Assembly (NCBI GenBank): GCA_963845245.1
Contig: CAWJRJ010000014.1
Span: 96,001 to 160,000 of the forward strand
DNA length: 64,000 nt
Direction of reading: 5' to 3'
From: Nitrospirota bacterium
GTDB lineage: Bacteria > Nitrospirota > JACRHJ01
Every line of letters begins with the position of its first letter. The stretch's first letter is position 1. The translations under genes and the position numbers were made by a program. The notes under the pieces are model-generated. The model saw only the letters and a list, made by a program, of their open reading frames with translations, made no database searches and was not told the origin of the DNA. Shown here piece by piece: positions 29,452-39,377 of the stretch.

Positions 29452-30461
29452 ATGCCGCAGTATTTGGAATAACGCCCTTTGGCTGCACGATAGCCTGCAT
29501 GTTAATGGACGCAGGGGTTGATGTGGCTCTTATAGGGCCTGCCGCCAAGGTTGCCCAGGTCAAGCAGTCCGGTGTTACGGTCCGCCAGACCTGGGACGGT
29601 AAAGTAATTACCGCATACGTACCTGCCTTTGCAAGCCTTGATTTTGCCCCTGAGATTGCAATATTTGCAACAAAGACCCAGGATACCCTTGCTGCTGCAA
29701 CCGCAGCGTCACCATGGCTTTCCAACTCAATAATAGCCACGGTGCAATACGGGACAAAGATCGAGCAGCTCGTTGCCAGGGTATTACCCAGAGACAATAT
29801 CGTAACCTGTGTGCTTACCATGGGCGCGAACTGTCACCGTGCAGGAGACGTTACGCTCAACTTCAAGGGCGACATGGTCATAGGGAAGGCCTACGGCGCG
29901 ACGGATGAGAAGGTTGACAGGCTTATCGAAGTAATGGGCAGGATACTAACCGTCCACAAGGGCGCAAAAATCGCCCATTTCAACTGTACCAGGCTGTTGT
30001 TGAACCTTCCATATTGCATCCCGGCCATAATCGGAGAAAAGGTCCAAACCGCTTTTGCCGACATCGAAATATCGAAGGTGGCCATACTCCTGCTGCAGGA
30101 AGGGATAAAGGTGATTGAAGAGGCCGAGGTCCATATAGAAAACCTCCCGGATTTCAGCGAGGCTTCACTTAAGACTCTCCTCGCTGCCCCTCTCGACGAG
30201 GCGGCAGTCCATTTCGGCGAGCTTGTGAGGCTGATGAGCAAGACCCCTTGCGAAGGGCCGGTACTCGGTAGCATTGAGCACGGCGAAGTCTCTGAGATAG
30301 ATTACCAGAACGGCGAGGTTGTGAAGATTGCGGATGTCCTCGGTTTTCCAACACCACTGAATTCGCTAATGGTCGAGCTGGTACATGAGCTTGAAAACAC
30401 CAATAAATTCATTTCGAAACAACATTTCCTGTCCAAAGTTTCAGAACGCCTGCAGAAATAG
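29448..30461 (+). CDS. Ketopantoate reductase (PanE/ApbA)-like protein with degenerate motifs
   Basis: ATKTQDT, SEIDYQNGEVV, GFPTPLN; Rossmann motif altered to GITPFG. Confidence 0.72.
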   Translation: MNAAVFGITPFGCTIACMLMDAGVDVALIGPAAKVAQVKQSGVTVRQTWDGKVITAYVPAFASLDFAPEIAIFATKTQDTLAAATAASPWLSNSIIATVQYGTKIEQLVARVLPRDNIVTCVLTMGANCHRAGDVTLNFKGDMVIGKAYGATDEKVDRLIEVMGRILTVHKGAKIAHFNCTRLLLNLPYCIPAIIGEKVQTAFADIEISKVAILLLQEGIKVIEEAEVHIENLPDFSEASLKTLLAAPLDEAAVHFGELVRLMSKTPCEGPVLGSIEHGEVSEIDYQNGEVVKIADVLGFPTPLNSLMVELVHELENTNKFISKQHFLSKVSERLQK

Positions 30462-30522
30462 GCAAACCGTCCTCTCTCAAACGAAATATCTGAACTCTTA
30501 CGGCATTAGCGGGTATTTTGGC

Positions 30523-31752
30523 TTAAAGGATGAAAACCTGCGCCAGCGCGACAACCAGCACAATCCCTTCCGGAATGAGCATTATCCGGAAAATGGGCCA
30601 CAGGTCTGATTTGAAGTAGTCCTTGGTAAGCACGAGGCAGAGGTGGACCGGAGAGAACATAAGTCCGGCAAAACCTGAGGCGAACGCGAAGGCGAGCATA
30701 GGCAGGTCCGGGTGCGCACCTCCGATAAGCGGCAGTATCATGGGGAAGGTTACGCCGACGAACGCGAGGGTGATCCCGGTTATCAGCCCGACGAGGAAGG
30801 GCAACAGGAATATTATCACCAGCACGGGCACGCCAGCCTGCTGAAAGAACTGCGGCAGGTGGTCGACCGCTCCGGACTTTGTCATCACTCCCCTGAATAT
30901 CTCGACGCCCAAAACAAGCAGAAGCGTCTTGTAAGAGAGGCTTTCTTTAAGGGTTTCCCTGATCTTTGCCACAGGATACCGAAAATAAAGAAATAATCCG
31001 GTTACCACGATAACCAGCGCAATGGCGATATCAACCTTCAGAAGCATTACGAGCAGCATGACTATAAGTATGGGACTGAAGCTGACAGCCGCGTTCAAAA
31101 AGTCGGCCTGCCTGCCCTTTCTAGAGGGTACTGCCTTGCCCGCACGGATATCCTTGAAGCCATAAAGTGCGCCAGTCACCAGGACGGTTGCAGGGAATGC
31201 AGCCTGGTACAGGAACAGCCGTCCCATCGGGACGTTCGTTATCGCGGCCATCATTATAAAACCCGGATAAAGCGGCGATATATACTCCCATATATGCCTG
31301 AACCAGTAGTTAATGAAACTCATACGTTCAGGTTTAATATGTGAGCCATCCGCAGAGGCCTCTACCATCGGTGCTGAGAAGAAAGCTCCGCCCGCCGAAG
31401 GCAGTATCCCGATAATGGCAGGCATGAGAGCCATGACTGCTCGCTGGTCGCCTATGAGGCCCTTGAATGATTCCACGAGTTTTTTTAGCGTCTCTGTCTT
31501 TCTGAGTATGTTTTCCAAGACCATTATCAGAGCCAGAGCGATTATCAGGGAGACGGCGGTCTTATCCATAGCCGCGTGCAGTGCAGTCCTCAGGATGTCA
31601 AGGGGGGCCAACCCCATCAGGAGGCCAAGTGCGGCCGCTCCGATAAGCATTACTCCGCCGAGGTTCCATTTTAGCTGTAAGAGCCGGATTATAAGGATGA
31701 ATACGAGGAGTATCTTGATGAGGTCAAACAACGTCAGGCCTCTCCAGGTCAT
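30523..31752 (-). CDS. DUF401-like membrane protein
   Basis: GILPSAGGAFFSAPMV, NYWFRHIWE, SPVHLCL; many TM segments. Confidence 0.85.
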   Translation of the reverse strand: MTWRGLTLFDLIKILLVFILIIRLLQLKWNLGGVMLIGAAALGLLMGLAPLDILRTALHAAMDKTAVSLIIALALIMVLENILRKTETLKKLVESFKGLIGDQRAVMALMPAIIGILPSAGGAFFSAPMVEASADGSHIKPERMSFINYWFRHIWEYISPLYPGFIMMAAITNVPMGRLFLYQAAFPATVLVTGALYGFKDIRAGKAVPSRKGRQADFLNAAVSFSPILIVMLLVMLLKVDIAIALVIVVTGLFLYFRYPVAKIRETLKESLSYKTLLLVLGVEIFRGVMTKSGAVDHLPQFFQQAGVPVLVIIFLLPFLVGLITGITLAFVGVTFPMILPLIGGAHPDLPMLAFAFASGFAGLMFSPVHLCLVLTKDYFKSDLWPIFRIMLIPEGIVLVVALAQVFIL

Positions 31753-32815
31753 GGAACTGCACGACCTGGTCCTTTCCGAGCCTCTTTGCCTTATACAGGG
31801 CCTTGTCAGCCCTCTTTATGAGGTCAAGCCTTTTTGTGGCGTCTTTTGGGTATTCAGCCACGCCGACGCTGATGGTGAGGGGCGCTTTTTTGCGCATGAG
31901 AGAGGCGGACTTTATCTTGACCTGCTTCCGTATGCGTTGCGCCATCAGGGACGCCTGCTCAGACGCGACCCTTGGAAGTATGACTGCGAACTCTTCCCCG
32001 CCATATCTGGCCGGTGTGTCGGAATCCCGTATAGAAGCCGTAAATATATCGGCAAGCTTCTGAAGTACCTTGTCTCCGAAAGTATGCCCGAATTTGTCGT
32101 TTATGCATTTAAAGTCGTCGATGTCGATCATCAGGAGTGAGAATGTCTCTTTGTGTCTTGATGAACGGGATATCTCCTTCTCTAGCTGTTCCTGAAAGTG
32201 GCGGTGGTTATAAAGGCCGGTAAGCCCGTCAGTAAACGCCATCTTTCTGGTATTCTCATGCAGCCTTGCGTGGTCGATGCTCATAGCCGCGAATGAGGAT
32301 AGTATGGAGAGAAGGTTCAGCTGGCTTTTCTCAAACTTCCTCGGAGAGAAGTCGTCCACATAGAGGATGCCGATGATGTCGTCCTTGAAGGCAAGCGGGA
32401 CGCAGACTATGGATTTAATACCCTCTTTCAGGGCGAGAGGGTTGGTGAAAAACTTTTTATTGGTAGTGTCGTTTATGACCGTCGGCTTGTTGGATTTCAG
32501 TATCCTGTCGGTAAGCCCGCCCGGCCTGACCCTCCAGACGGTATTTCCGATAAAGTCCTGGCTCAGCCCCCTGTGTGCATGGAGTTCGAGTTCCTGGGTA
32601 TCCTTCTTGTAAAGCGCGATGCTTCCGGCGCTTGTGTCGGTCAATTTCATCGCGCTTTTGAGTATAGCTTCGAGGACCTGGTCCATTTCAAGGGTGGAAA
32701 CTACGAGCCGGGCGACTTCAAGCAGGTCGATAAGGTCCTGCACGTTGCTGCTCTGAATATCAGACGTTGGCACTTTTAGGTTCCTCATCGGGGAAGACTG
32801 CGTTGACAAGCTCAA
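31724..32815 (-). CDS. GAF-GGDEF diguanylate cyclase (true start probably ~40 nt further downstream)
   Basis: GAF domain; TDGLTGLYN, DIDDFK, RxxD I-site (RDSD), GGEEF. Confidence 0.93.
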   Translation of the reverse strand: MSLSTQSSPMRNLKVPTSDIQSSNVQDLIDLLEVARLVVSTLEMDQVLEAILKSAMKLTDTSAGSIALYKKDTQELELHAHRGLSQDFIGNTVWRVRPGGLTDRILKSNKPTVINDTTNKKFFTNPLALKEGIKSIVCVPLAFKDDIIGILYVDDFSPRKFEKSQLNLLSILSSFAAMSIDHARLHENTRKMAFTDGLTGLYNHRHFQEQLEKEISRSSRHKETFSLLMIDIDDFKCINDKFGHTFGDKVLQKLADIFTASIRDSDTPARYGGEEFAVILPRVASEQASLMAQRIRKQVKIKSASLMRKKAPLTISVGVAEYPKDATKRLDLIKRADKALYKAKRLGKDQVVQFHDLERPDVV

Positions 32816-34361
32816 GAAATATATCTACTACGTTCGGGTCGAACTGGTTACCCCTGCCTTGCAAAAACTCTTTTTTTACCACGTCCATCGGGAGCGCCTT
32901 CCGGTAAGGTCTGTCAGAGCTCATGGCGTGGAATGCGTCCGCTACTGAAAGTATCCTAGCGCCTAAGGGGATTTCCTCGCCTTTCAATCCCGCAGGGTAG
33001 CCGGAACCGTCGTAGTGTTCGTGGTGGCAGCTTATTACCTGTCGGCTCTCTTCCAGGTAGAACGTGTGTTTAAGGATATGTTCAGCTTCTTCGATGTGCG
33101 TCTTTATTTTTTCGTACTCGCCCTTTGTAAGTTTCCCTTTCTTGTTCAGGATGGGCTCTGGTATGCCTATTTTGCCTATGTCATGCAAAAGGGCTGCAAT
33201 CTCGAGGTCCTCTTTTTCCTTGTGAGAAAGTCCAAGCTGGTCCGCTATCATGCCGCAGAGAGACTCTACGCCGTCCGAATGGCCCTTTGTATACGGGTCC
33301 TTTGACTCCAATACTGCGGAGAGGACCTTGACTGTTGACAGGTATGCTATCTTTGACTCATTGTAATAGCGTGCCTTTTCTATAGCGATTGCCACAAGGT
33401 TGGAATAATTGACCAGTGCTTCGAGCTGTTCGGACGTAAACGGCTTCCCGTCGTGGCGCTGGGTGAAATTCAGGACGCCGATGGTGGATACGCTTTTTAG
33501 GGCTACGTTTAAGGCGTAGGGCGTCTGATATTTCAGGTTAAGCGGGACCACTATAAACGACCCAGGCTTGTTGAGTATTTTGAAACGCCGGTCTTTTGTA
33601 CCGTCCTTGACGCTTTTTATTAATACTGGCTCTCCCGTCTTCCACACATAACCGGAAACGCTTTCCCCGAGGAGTCTCCTCTCGCCAACAATTTTGCGGT
33701 CGGTGCTCTCCTTTACTACGAGGCAGTGGCTGCCGTCTGGGTCTTTCTCCACAAGCATGAGAGATGCCTCGCGGCAATCTAGAATGCCTGCACCCTTTTC
33801 AATGACAAGCCTGTATATGTCTGCAAGCGAGTTTGTCTGGTTTATTTCCCGTATTATCTCGTTTACGAGCAGGACGCCTTTATTCTGGCGCTCCAGTTTG
33901 AGCGCGATACCGCAGTATTCGGCAAGCATCTCCGCAAGCTTGAGGTCTTTACGGGTGAATTTTCCACCGCCGGTCCTGTTGTTGATGTTCAGTACGGCTA
34001 TCGCAACAGATTCTTCTAGAATAGGTACTATAAGAGAGCTGCTGTACTTAGCGGAGTCAGTCTCAACCTTTATGCCAGGAAAATCTTTTTTAAGCTGCGC
34101 GAGGTCGTTTATTATGATAGGTTTCCCGGTCTTGGCAACCATGCCGGACACGCTATGCCCCAGCTTGACCTTCGTATTTTTTACAATGCCCTTTGAAAGG
34201 GGGTCGGAATTCAGAGAGGCTGCCGCCTTTATCTTGAGGACTTTCTCCGTACTGTTTACGACCATCAGCGAGCCGTTCTCGGCCTTGAGGTCCTTAAGCG
34301 CTTTCAGCAGAAGGTTCTCAACCCCGTCTATAAACCTGTCCAGTGCATAAAGTTTGACCAT
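32760..34361 (-). CDS. GAF-GAF-HD-GYP phosphodiesterase
   Basis: KDPYTKGHS, LHDIGKIG, HHEHYDGSGYP, VADAFHAM..RPYR. Confidence 0.93.
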   Translation of the reverse strand: MVKLYALDRFIDGVENLLLKALKDLKAENGSLMVVNSTEKVLKIKAAASLNSDPLSKGIVKNTKVKLGHSVSGMVAKTGKPIIINDLAQLKKDFPGIKVETDSAKYSSSLIVPILEESVAIAVLNINNRTGGGKFTRKDLKLAEMLAEYCGIALKLERQNKGVLLVNEIIREINQTNSLADIYRLVIEKGAGILDCREASLMLVEKDPDGSHCLVVKESTDRKIVGERRLLGESVSGYVWKTGEPVLIKSVKDGTKDRRFKILNKPGSFIVVPLNLKYQTPYALNVALKSVSTIGVLNFTQRHDGKPFTSEQLEALVNYSNLVAIAIEKARYYNESKIAYLSTVKVLSAVLESKDPYTKGHSDGVESLCGMIADQLGLSHKEKEDLEIAALLHDIGKIGIPEPILNKKGKLTKGEYEKIKTHIEEAEHILKHTFYLEESRQVISCHHEHYDGSGYPAGLKGEEIPLGARILSVADAFHAMSSDRPYRKALPMDVVKKEFLQGRGNQFDPNVVDIFLELVNAVFPDEEPKSANV

Positions 34362-34414
34362 CTGCTATCCTTGGTTAAATAAATGAATGATTATAAAATA
34401 TTATAATATATTAA

Positions 34415-35257
34415 TCAACGGATTATAACGTTGTCGATAAGCCTCGTACCGCCGATCCTTACCGCGGCAGCAATAACCGCGCTGCTACCTGTGTGCAGCA
34501 AGGGCTTCAGGTTATCAGGTTCTACAACCTCAACATATTCTGGCTCAATCAACGGCTCTTCCCTGAACTTTTCAAGTATGTGAGAGGTAAGCATGTCCGT
34601 GGGCACATCGCTTTTTTCTGCAAGTAAACGCGCCGATTCAAGCGCACGATATAATGCTGGTGCGGCATGCCTCTCGTCAGGTTTCAAATACGCGTTACGG
34701 GAGCTCATGGCAAGGCCGTCAGGCTCGCGCACTGTAGGGGCTACCACTACATCGACCGCCATATTCAGGTCTATGACCATCCGCCTGATAACTGCGGTCT
34801 GCTGGAAATCCTTCTGGCCGAAGAAGGCCTTGTCAGGTTGTACTACATTGAAAAGCTTGGCAACGACCGTTGCCACTCCCTTAAAATGCCCAGGCCTGCT
34901 CCTGCCGCAGAGCCCGTCGGTAATTCCCTCGACATTAACGTAGGTCTCGTATCCAACCGGGTACATGTCGCCGGGCTCAGGCATGAAAACAATGCCCACG
35001 CCCTCTTTACGGCACTTTTCAAGGTCGCCTTCTATATCGCGCGGGTATTTTTCGAGATCTTCTTTGGGTCCGAACTGAGTCGGGTTTACAAAGATAGAAA
35101 GGATGGTTGAGCCGGTGTTTTTTTGGGAGAGCCGGACCAGCGACAGGTGGCCCTCATGCAGGTAACCCATGGTGGGTACAAAGCCTGTCGCCACGCCGGA
35201 GGCCTTCAGCCTCCTTGTTGCCACTGTCATCTCCGTAACGGTCCTTATAACTTCCAC
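34415..35257 (-). CDS. panC: Pantoate-beta-alanine ligase
   Basis: PTMGYLHEGH, FVNPTQF, RPGHF, FGQKDFQQ, GLAMSSRN, RLIDN. Confidence 0.98.
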   Translation of the reverse strand: MEVIRTVTEMTVATRRLKASGVATGFVPTMGYLHEGHLSLVRLSQKNTGSTILSIFVNPTQFGPKEDLEKYPRDIEGDLEKCRKEGVGIVFMPEPGDMYPVGYETYVNVEGITDGLCGRSRPGHFKGVATVVAKLFNVVQPDKAFFGQKDFQQTAVIRRMVIDLNMAVDVVVAPTVREPDGLAMSSRNAYLKPDERHAAPALYRALESARLLAEKSDVPTDMLTSHILEKFREEPLIEPEYVEVVEPDNLKPLLHTGSSAVIAAAVRIGGTRLIDNVIIR

Positions 35258-35266
35258 AACATTGTC

Positions 35267-35731
35267 TCACAGGTTTTTCAAAAGTTCTTTTGTGGTCTTT
35301 TTTAAAACTGGGTGCAGCACATCCGGGTCCAACTCGCAGAGAGGCTCCAGCACAAAAGCCCTTTCGTGCATGAGTGGGTGTGGTATCTCAAGCTCCGGCA
35401 TGTCGATTATGGAGTCACCGAAAAGCAGTATGTCAAGGTCGATTGTCCTGGGCCCCCAGCGTACAGTCCGGACACGGCCCAGTTGGTTTTCTATTTCATG
35501 GCATACGTCGAGGAGTTCATTCGGCGAAAGCGTGGTTTCAATCCGGGCGGCCGCGTTTAGGAATGGTTCCTGTTCCACGTAACCTACAGGCTCTGTCTCG
35601 TAATAAGAGGACACCCTGACTGCATCTATCCCCCGCGCCTCCGAGAGGAGCCTGACCGCATCGTCAAGGTTCTTTCTCTTGTCTCCCAGGTTCGTGCCAA
35701 GTCCTATATATGCTGTGACAGCTTTTTCCAT
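35267..35731 (-). CDS. folK: 2-amino-4-hydroxy-6-hydroxymethyldihydropteridine diphosphokinase
   Basis: YIGLGTNLG, YETEP, RWGPRTIDLDIL, PHP, RAFVLEPL. Confidence 0.97.
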   Translation of the reverse strand: MEKAVTAYIGLGTNLGDKRKNLDDAVRLLSEARGIDAVRVSSYYETEPVGYVEQEPFLNAAARIETTLSPNELLDVCHEIENQLGRVRTVRWGPRTIDLDILLFGDSIIDMPELEIPHPLMHERAFVLEPLCELDPDVLHPVLKKTTKELLKNL

Positions 35732-35844
35732 AGCATGCGTATTACACCACAATCCCTTATAATTGTCAACGCCGCAGGGGTTTTCGCTTTGCAATAAAAA
35801 ACCATAAATGGTATCTTAATAGTCATCGTCAATACGGAGAAAAG

Positions 35845-36552
35845 ATGATTTATCTGATAGTTCCGACAATAATGGAATCGGCGTCTTTCGCGTCCTGTTT
35901 AAAGGATGCCATCCCGTTTGAAGTGGGCCACAGGCGCGGCATTTCTGGCCGGGTCGGCGGAAAGACCGTAAAGGTCCTGGTAACCGGCATCGGTCATGTG
36001 AATGTCGCTCAGGCGGTTACGGCCATGATGGAGTATGGCAGGCCGGACATCTTTATAATGGTAGGATGCGCCGGGGCCTATACCGGCTCGTCGCTTAAAG
36101 TTGGCGATGTCGCCGTTGCGACAGAGGAGATATTTGCCGAGGCTGGCGTTATTACTCCTGAAGGCTTTAAAGGCATGGAAGAAACTGGTTTTCCGCTGGT
36201 AGTGTCTAAAGGGCGTCCTTATTTTTCGCGGTTCCCCTTATCTGAAAGGTATAACAAAATTATTAAGGATGCAAATCCGGGCATATACAACGGCCCGTTC
36301 CTGACAGTCTCCACCATAAGCGGGACGGCGAAACGCGGCAGAGAACTATCCGCACGGTTCGGGGCGCTTTGTGAGAACATGGAGGGCGCGGCCGCGGCCC
36401 AGGTCAGCCTTATATACGGAGTCCCCTTTGTAGAGGTCAGGGGCATAAGCAATATGGTAGAAGACCGCAACAAAGACAGATGGGATATAGATACGGCTAT
36501 GAAGAACTGCGCTAACGCAGTCATCGCCTTTATAAAGAGACTGGAGTTGTGA
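35845..36552 (+). CDS. mqnB: Futalosine hydrolase
   Basis: PNP/MTAN fold (TGIG, GCAGAY, ENMEGAA, VRGISNMV); adjacent to mqnD. Confidence 0.85.
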   Translation: MIYLIVPTIMESASFASCLKDAIPFEVGHRRGISGRVGGKTVKVLVTGIGHVNVAQAVTAMMEYGRPDIFIMVGCAGAYTGSSLKVGDVAVATEEIFAEAGVITPEGFKGMEETGFPLVVSKGRPYFSRFPLSERYNKIIKDANPGIYNGPFLTVSTISGTAKRGRELSARFGALCENMEGAAAAQVSLIYGVPFVEVRGISNMVEDRNKDRWDIDTAMKNCANAVIAFIKRLEL

Positions 36553-37382
36553 TGCGCGAATTGACTCTGGGCTATTCACCATGCCCGAACGACACGTTTA
36601 TATTCTACGCCCTGACCCACGGCAAGATTGGCCTGAAAGACATCAAGATAGTAGAGTCTCTGGACGACGTGGAGACGCTCAACAAAAAGGCGCTCAAAGG
36701 CGAACTCGACCTCACCAAGGTCTCATTCCATGCCTTCGCGTATCTGCGGGACAAGTATGTACTTTTAAGGTCAGGCGGGGCCCTGGGGCGCGGATGCGGA
36801 CCGCTTGTCGTATCCAAAAAGTACCCGTCTATGTCGGAACTCTATGGCCGTACGATTGCAATACCAGGAAAGTATACGACGGCTCACCTGCTTCTGATGC
36901 TCTATGACAGCGGCATTGACAAAGTCAAGATTATGCCTTTCGACAAGATAATGCCGGCCGTGGCCGCCGGCGAGGTGGATGCAGGCCTCATTATCCACGA
37001 GGGCCGATTTACCTACCAGGGCTACGGGCTTGTAAAGCTGCTCGACCTGGGCGAGTGGTGGGAGGCCGAGACTGGCCTTCCTATACCGCTTGGCTGCATA
37101 CTCGCAAAACGCTCGCTCGGAGAGGATACCATCCGGCTCGTCGAAGACGGAATCCGGGACAGCATCATCTACGCCCGCTCCCACAATGACGAGACGAAAT
37201 CCTATATAAAGTGCCATGCCCAGGAGATGGAGGACAGCGTCATCGAGGGTCATATCGGCCTCTATGTAAACGACTTCTCGCTGGACATGGGCGTTGAAGG
37301 CGAAAAGGCGGTCGAGGTGCTCTTTGAGCGCGCAATGTCCAAAGGCGTTATACCGGGCAGTTATACCGACCTCTTCAAATGA
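36549..37382 (+). CDS. mqnD: 1,4-dihydroxy-6-naphthoate synthase
   Basis: GYSPCPNDTFIF, GALGRGCGP, IIHEGRFTY, LPIPLG, HIGLYVN. Confidence 0.96.
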   Translation: MMRELTLGYSPCPNDTFIFYALTHGKIGLKDIKIVESLDDVETLNKKALKGELDLTKVSFHAFAYLRDKYVLLRSGGALGRGCGPLVVSKKYPSMSELYGRTIAIPGKYTTAHLLLMLYDSGIDKVKIMPFDKIMPAVAAGEVDAGLIIHEGRFTYQGYGLVKLLDLGEWWEAETGLPIPLGCILAKRSLGEDTIRLVEDGIRDSIIYARSHNDETKSYIKCHAQEMEDSVIEGHIGLYVNDFSLDMGVEGEKAVEVLFERAMSKGVIPGSYTDLFK

Positions 37383-38587
37383 AGTTCAAGACGTTCACTG
37401 CCCTCAGGCACCGCAATTTCAGGCTGTTCTTTTACGGTCAGGGCTTATCCCTTATAGGCACCTGGATGCATTCGCTGGCCCAAGGCTGGCTGATGCTCGA
37501 ACTTACCAACTCTGCGTTTTACCTGTCCCTCGTGCAGGCGATGGGCTCGCTTCCCATCCTGTTCTTTTCGCTCATCGGCGGCGTCATAGCCGACAGGTCC
37601 GACAAGAAAAAGCTCCTCCTGTTCACCCAGACAACCTCGATGGTCCTTGTCCTCGCGCTTGCGGTTGTAGTAACGCTTGGTATTGTGCGGCCCTGGCACG
37701 TCATTGTATTTGCTGGCCTGTCCGGCGTTGTAAACACCTTTGACGTACCTGGACGCCAATCGTTCATAATAGACCTTGTCGGCCGGGAAGACCTGATGAA
37801 CGGTATTGCGCTTAACTCCGCTGCGTTTAACGGCGCCAGGATCATCGGCCCATCGATCGCAGGCTTGATAATAGGTTACATCGGTCTCCAGTCGTGTTTC
37901 TATATAAATTCCTTTTCTTTTCTCGCGATTATCATAGCGCTCCTTATGATGAAGTTCGACGCCCCCGCCCCGCGCAAAGAGCAACGCCCTTTATTAAAAG
38001 AACTACGCGAAGGTTTGAGCTATGTAAAGCATGCGCCTGCGGTATCCTCGTTCATCTTCATGGTTGGGGTCACCAGCCTTCTGGCTATACCGTATATCGC
38101 ACTTATGCCGATTTTCGCGCGCGACGTGCTTCACATCGGCGCAAAGGGACTGGGCATCATGATGGGCTCGGCAGGTGTAGGCGCGCTTGGAGGCGCACTT
38201 ACCCTTGCTTCTCTGGGCAGTATCAGGAGGAAGGGCCTTGTTGCATTTGTGTCTGCGTTCGCGTCCGCATCCGCGCTTCTGGCGTTCTCTTTTTCAAGGA
38301 GCACGCCGCTCTCGCTGGTGCTACTGGCCGTGGTCGGCTGGGGCATGATAACCCAACTCGCAACGGTCAACACAATGCTCCAGAACGACGTCCCCGACGA
38401 GCTGAGAGGAAGGGTGATGAGCCTGTATACCCTCGTGTTCCTGGGGTTCATACCCATTGGCAACCTTATCGTTGGCACGCTTGCACACTATCTGGGCACC
38501 CCTCATGCGGTCGCGCTCAGTGCGAGCCTATGCATCATCATCTACGCCCTCATGATAGTCCGTAAAAGTGAACTTCTGCGTCACTGA
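37379..38587 (+). CDS. MFS transporter
   Basis: 12 TM; RHRNFRLF, GGVIADR, LRGRVMS. Confidence 0.92.
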   Translation: MKFKTFTALRHRNFRLFFYGQGLSLIGTWMHSLAQGWLMLELTNSAFYLSLVQAMGSLPILFFSLIGGVIADRSDKKKLLLFTQTTSMVLVLALAVVVTLGIVRPWHVIVFAGLSGVVNTFDVPGRQSFIIDLVGREDLMNGIALNSAAFNGARIIGPSIAGLIIGYIGLQSCFYINSFSFLAIIIALLMMKFDAPAPRKEQRPLLKELREGLSYVKHAPAVSSFIFMVGVTSLLAIPYIALMPIFARDVLHIGAKGLGIMMGSAGVGALGGALTLASLGSIRRKGLVAFVSAFASASALLAFSFSRSTPLSLVLLAVVGWGMITQLATVNTMLQNDVPDELRGRVMSLYTLVFLGFIPIGNLIVGTLAHYLGTPHAVALSASLCIIIYALMIVRKSELLRH

Positions 38588-38725
38588 TTTAAAAAAACTT
38601 TTCTTCAGCCCTTAAGTAAAACTCTCCCCGAAGATTTACCCTGAAAGCATTTTTTCAACCGCTTCGTGCGACATTGAGAACGGCCTCGTTTACCATGCAT
38701 CCTCATTAACCAAACGGAGGAGTGT

Positions 38726-39151
38726 ATGAGGACATGCGCAAAATGCAAGAAAAGGGAATATTGCTCAAAGGTCTGTGATTATATCGAGAAATACCTGCCA
38801 TCCGAATATTCCGGTAAAAACCCATATCACGAAATTAACTTAAGCCCTGAAGGACTCGATGCAGTGTCGGATCGGGCCTCAATAGCCGGCTGGAGCCGTT
38901 TTGAGAGATTGGGCCTAAGAAGGGAGCTTGACCTTTCCCTCCTGACACCTAAAGAAAAAACGGCGCTGACATTTATCGCATCTGGTATGCCGCAGAGCGA
39001 GGCGGCAAGGCGTTTGAAAATTACCCGCTCTTCACTGCGAAGCCGCATCAATAAAGCACGGAAGAGGCTATCGGCCACCCAAAACTTATATCTTATGGAA
39101 GGGCAAAACAAGGGCGTTAGGCAAAACGAAGAGGGGTGCGCCAATGGATAA
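38726..39151 (+). CDS. Sigma-70 region 4 / LuxR-type HTH regulator with an N-terminal 4-Cys cluster
   Basis: CAKCKKREYCSKVC; LTPKEK..GMPQSEAARRLKITRSSLRSRINKARKRL; SD GGAGG. Confidence 0.75.
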   Translation: MRTCAKCKKREYCSKVCDYIEKYLPSEYSGKNPYHEINLSPEGLDAVSDRASIAGWSRFERLGLRRELDLSLLTPKEKTALTFIASGMPQSEAARRLKITRSSLRSRINKARKRLSATQNLYLMEGQNKGVRQNEEGCANG

Positions 39152-39362
39152 TGTTTCATGCCGCCGATGCGGCAACACTGCCATGCTGAAAAGTTTCATA
39201 AGCGTCCGCTGTCCCATATGCGGTGAATACAAGTTTATGGAAAAGGCCGGGGACGATCTGCTATGGTCCGAACACAGGCTGGGGCTTTTGTTCCAGAAGG
39301 GTGGCTGGCAATTTCTCGGCGTAAACTCGCCGCCGTCATGGTTTATCGAAAACATCGTATAG
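39144..39362 (+). CDS. Small zinc-finger protein, Mu Com-like spacing
   Basis: CRRC-x13-CPIC; overlaps the upstream stop. Confidence 0.55.
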   Translation: MDNVSCRRCGNTAMLKSFISVRCPICGEYKFMEKAGDDLLWSEHRLGLLFQKGGWQFLGVNSPPSWFIENIV

Positions 39363-39377
39363 GTTCCGGAGGGCAAC

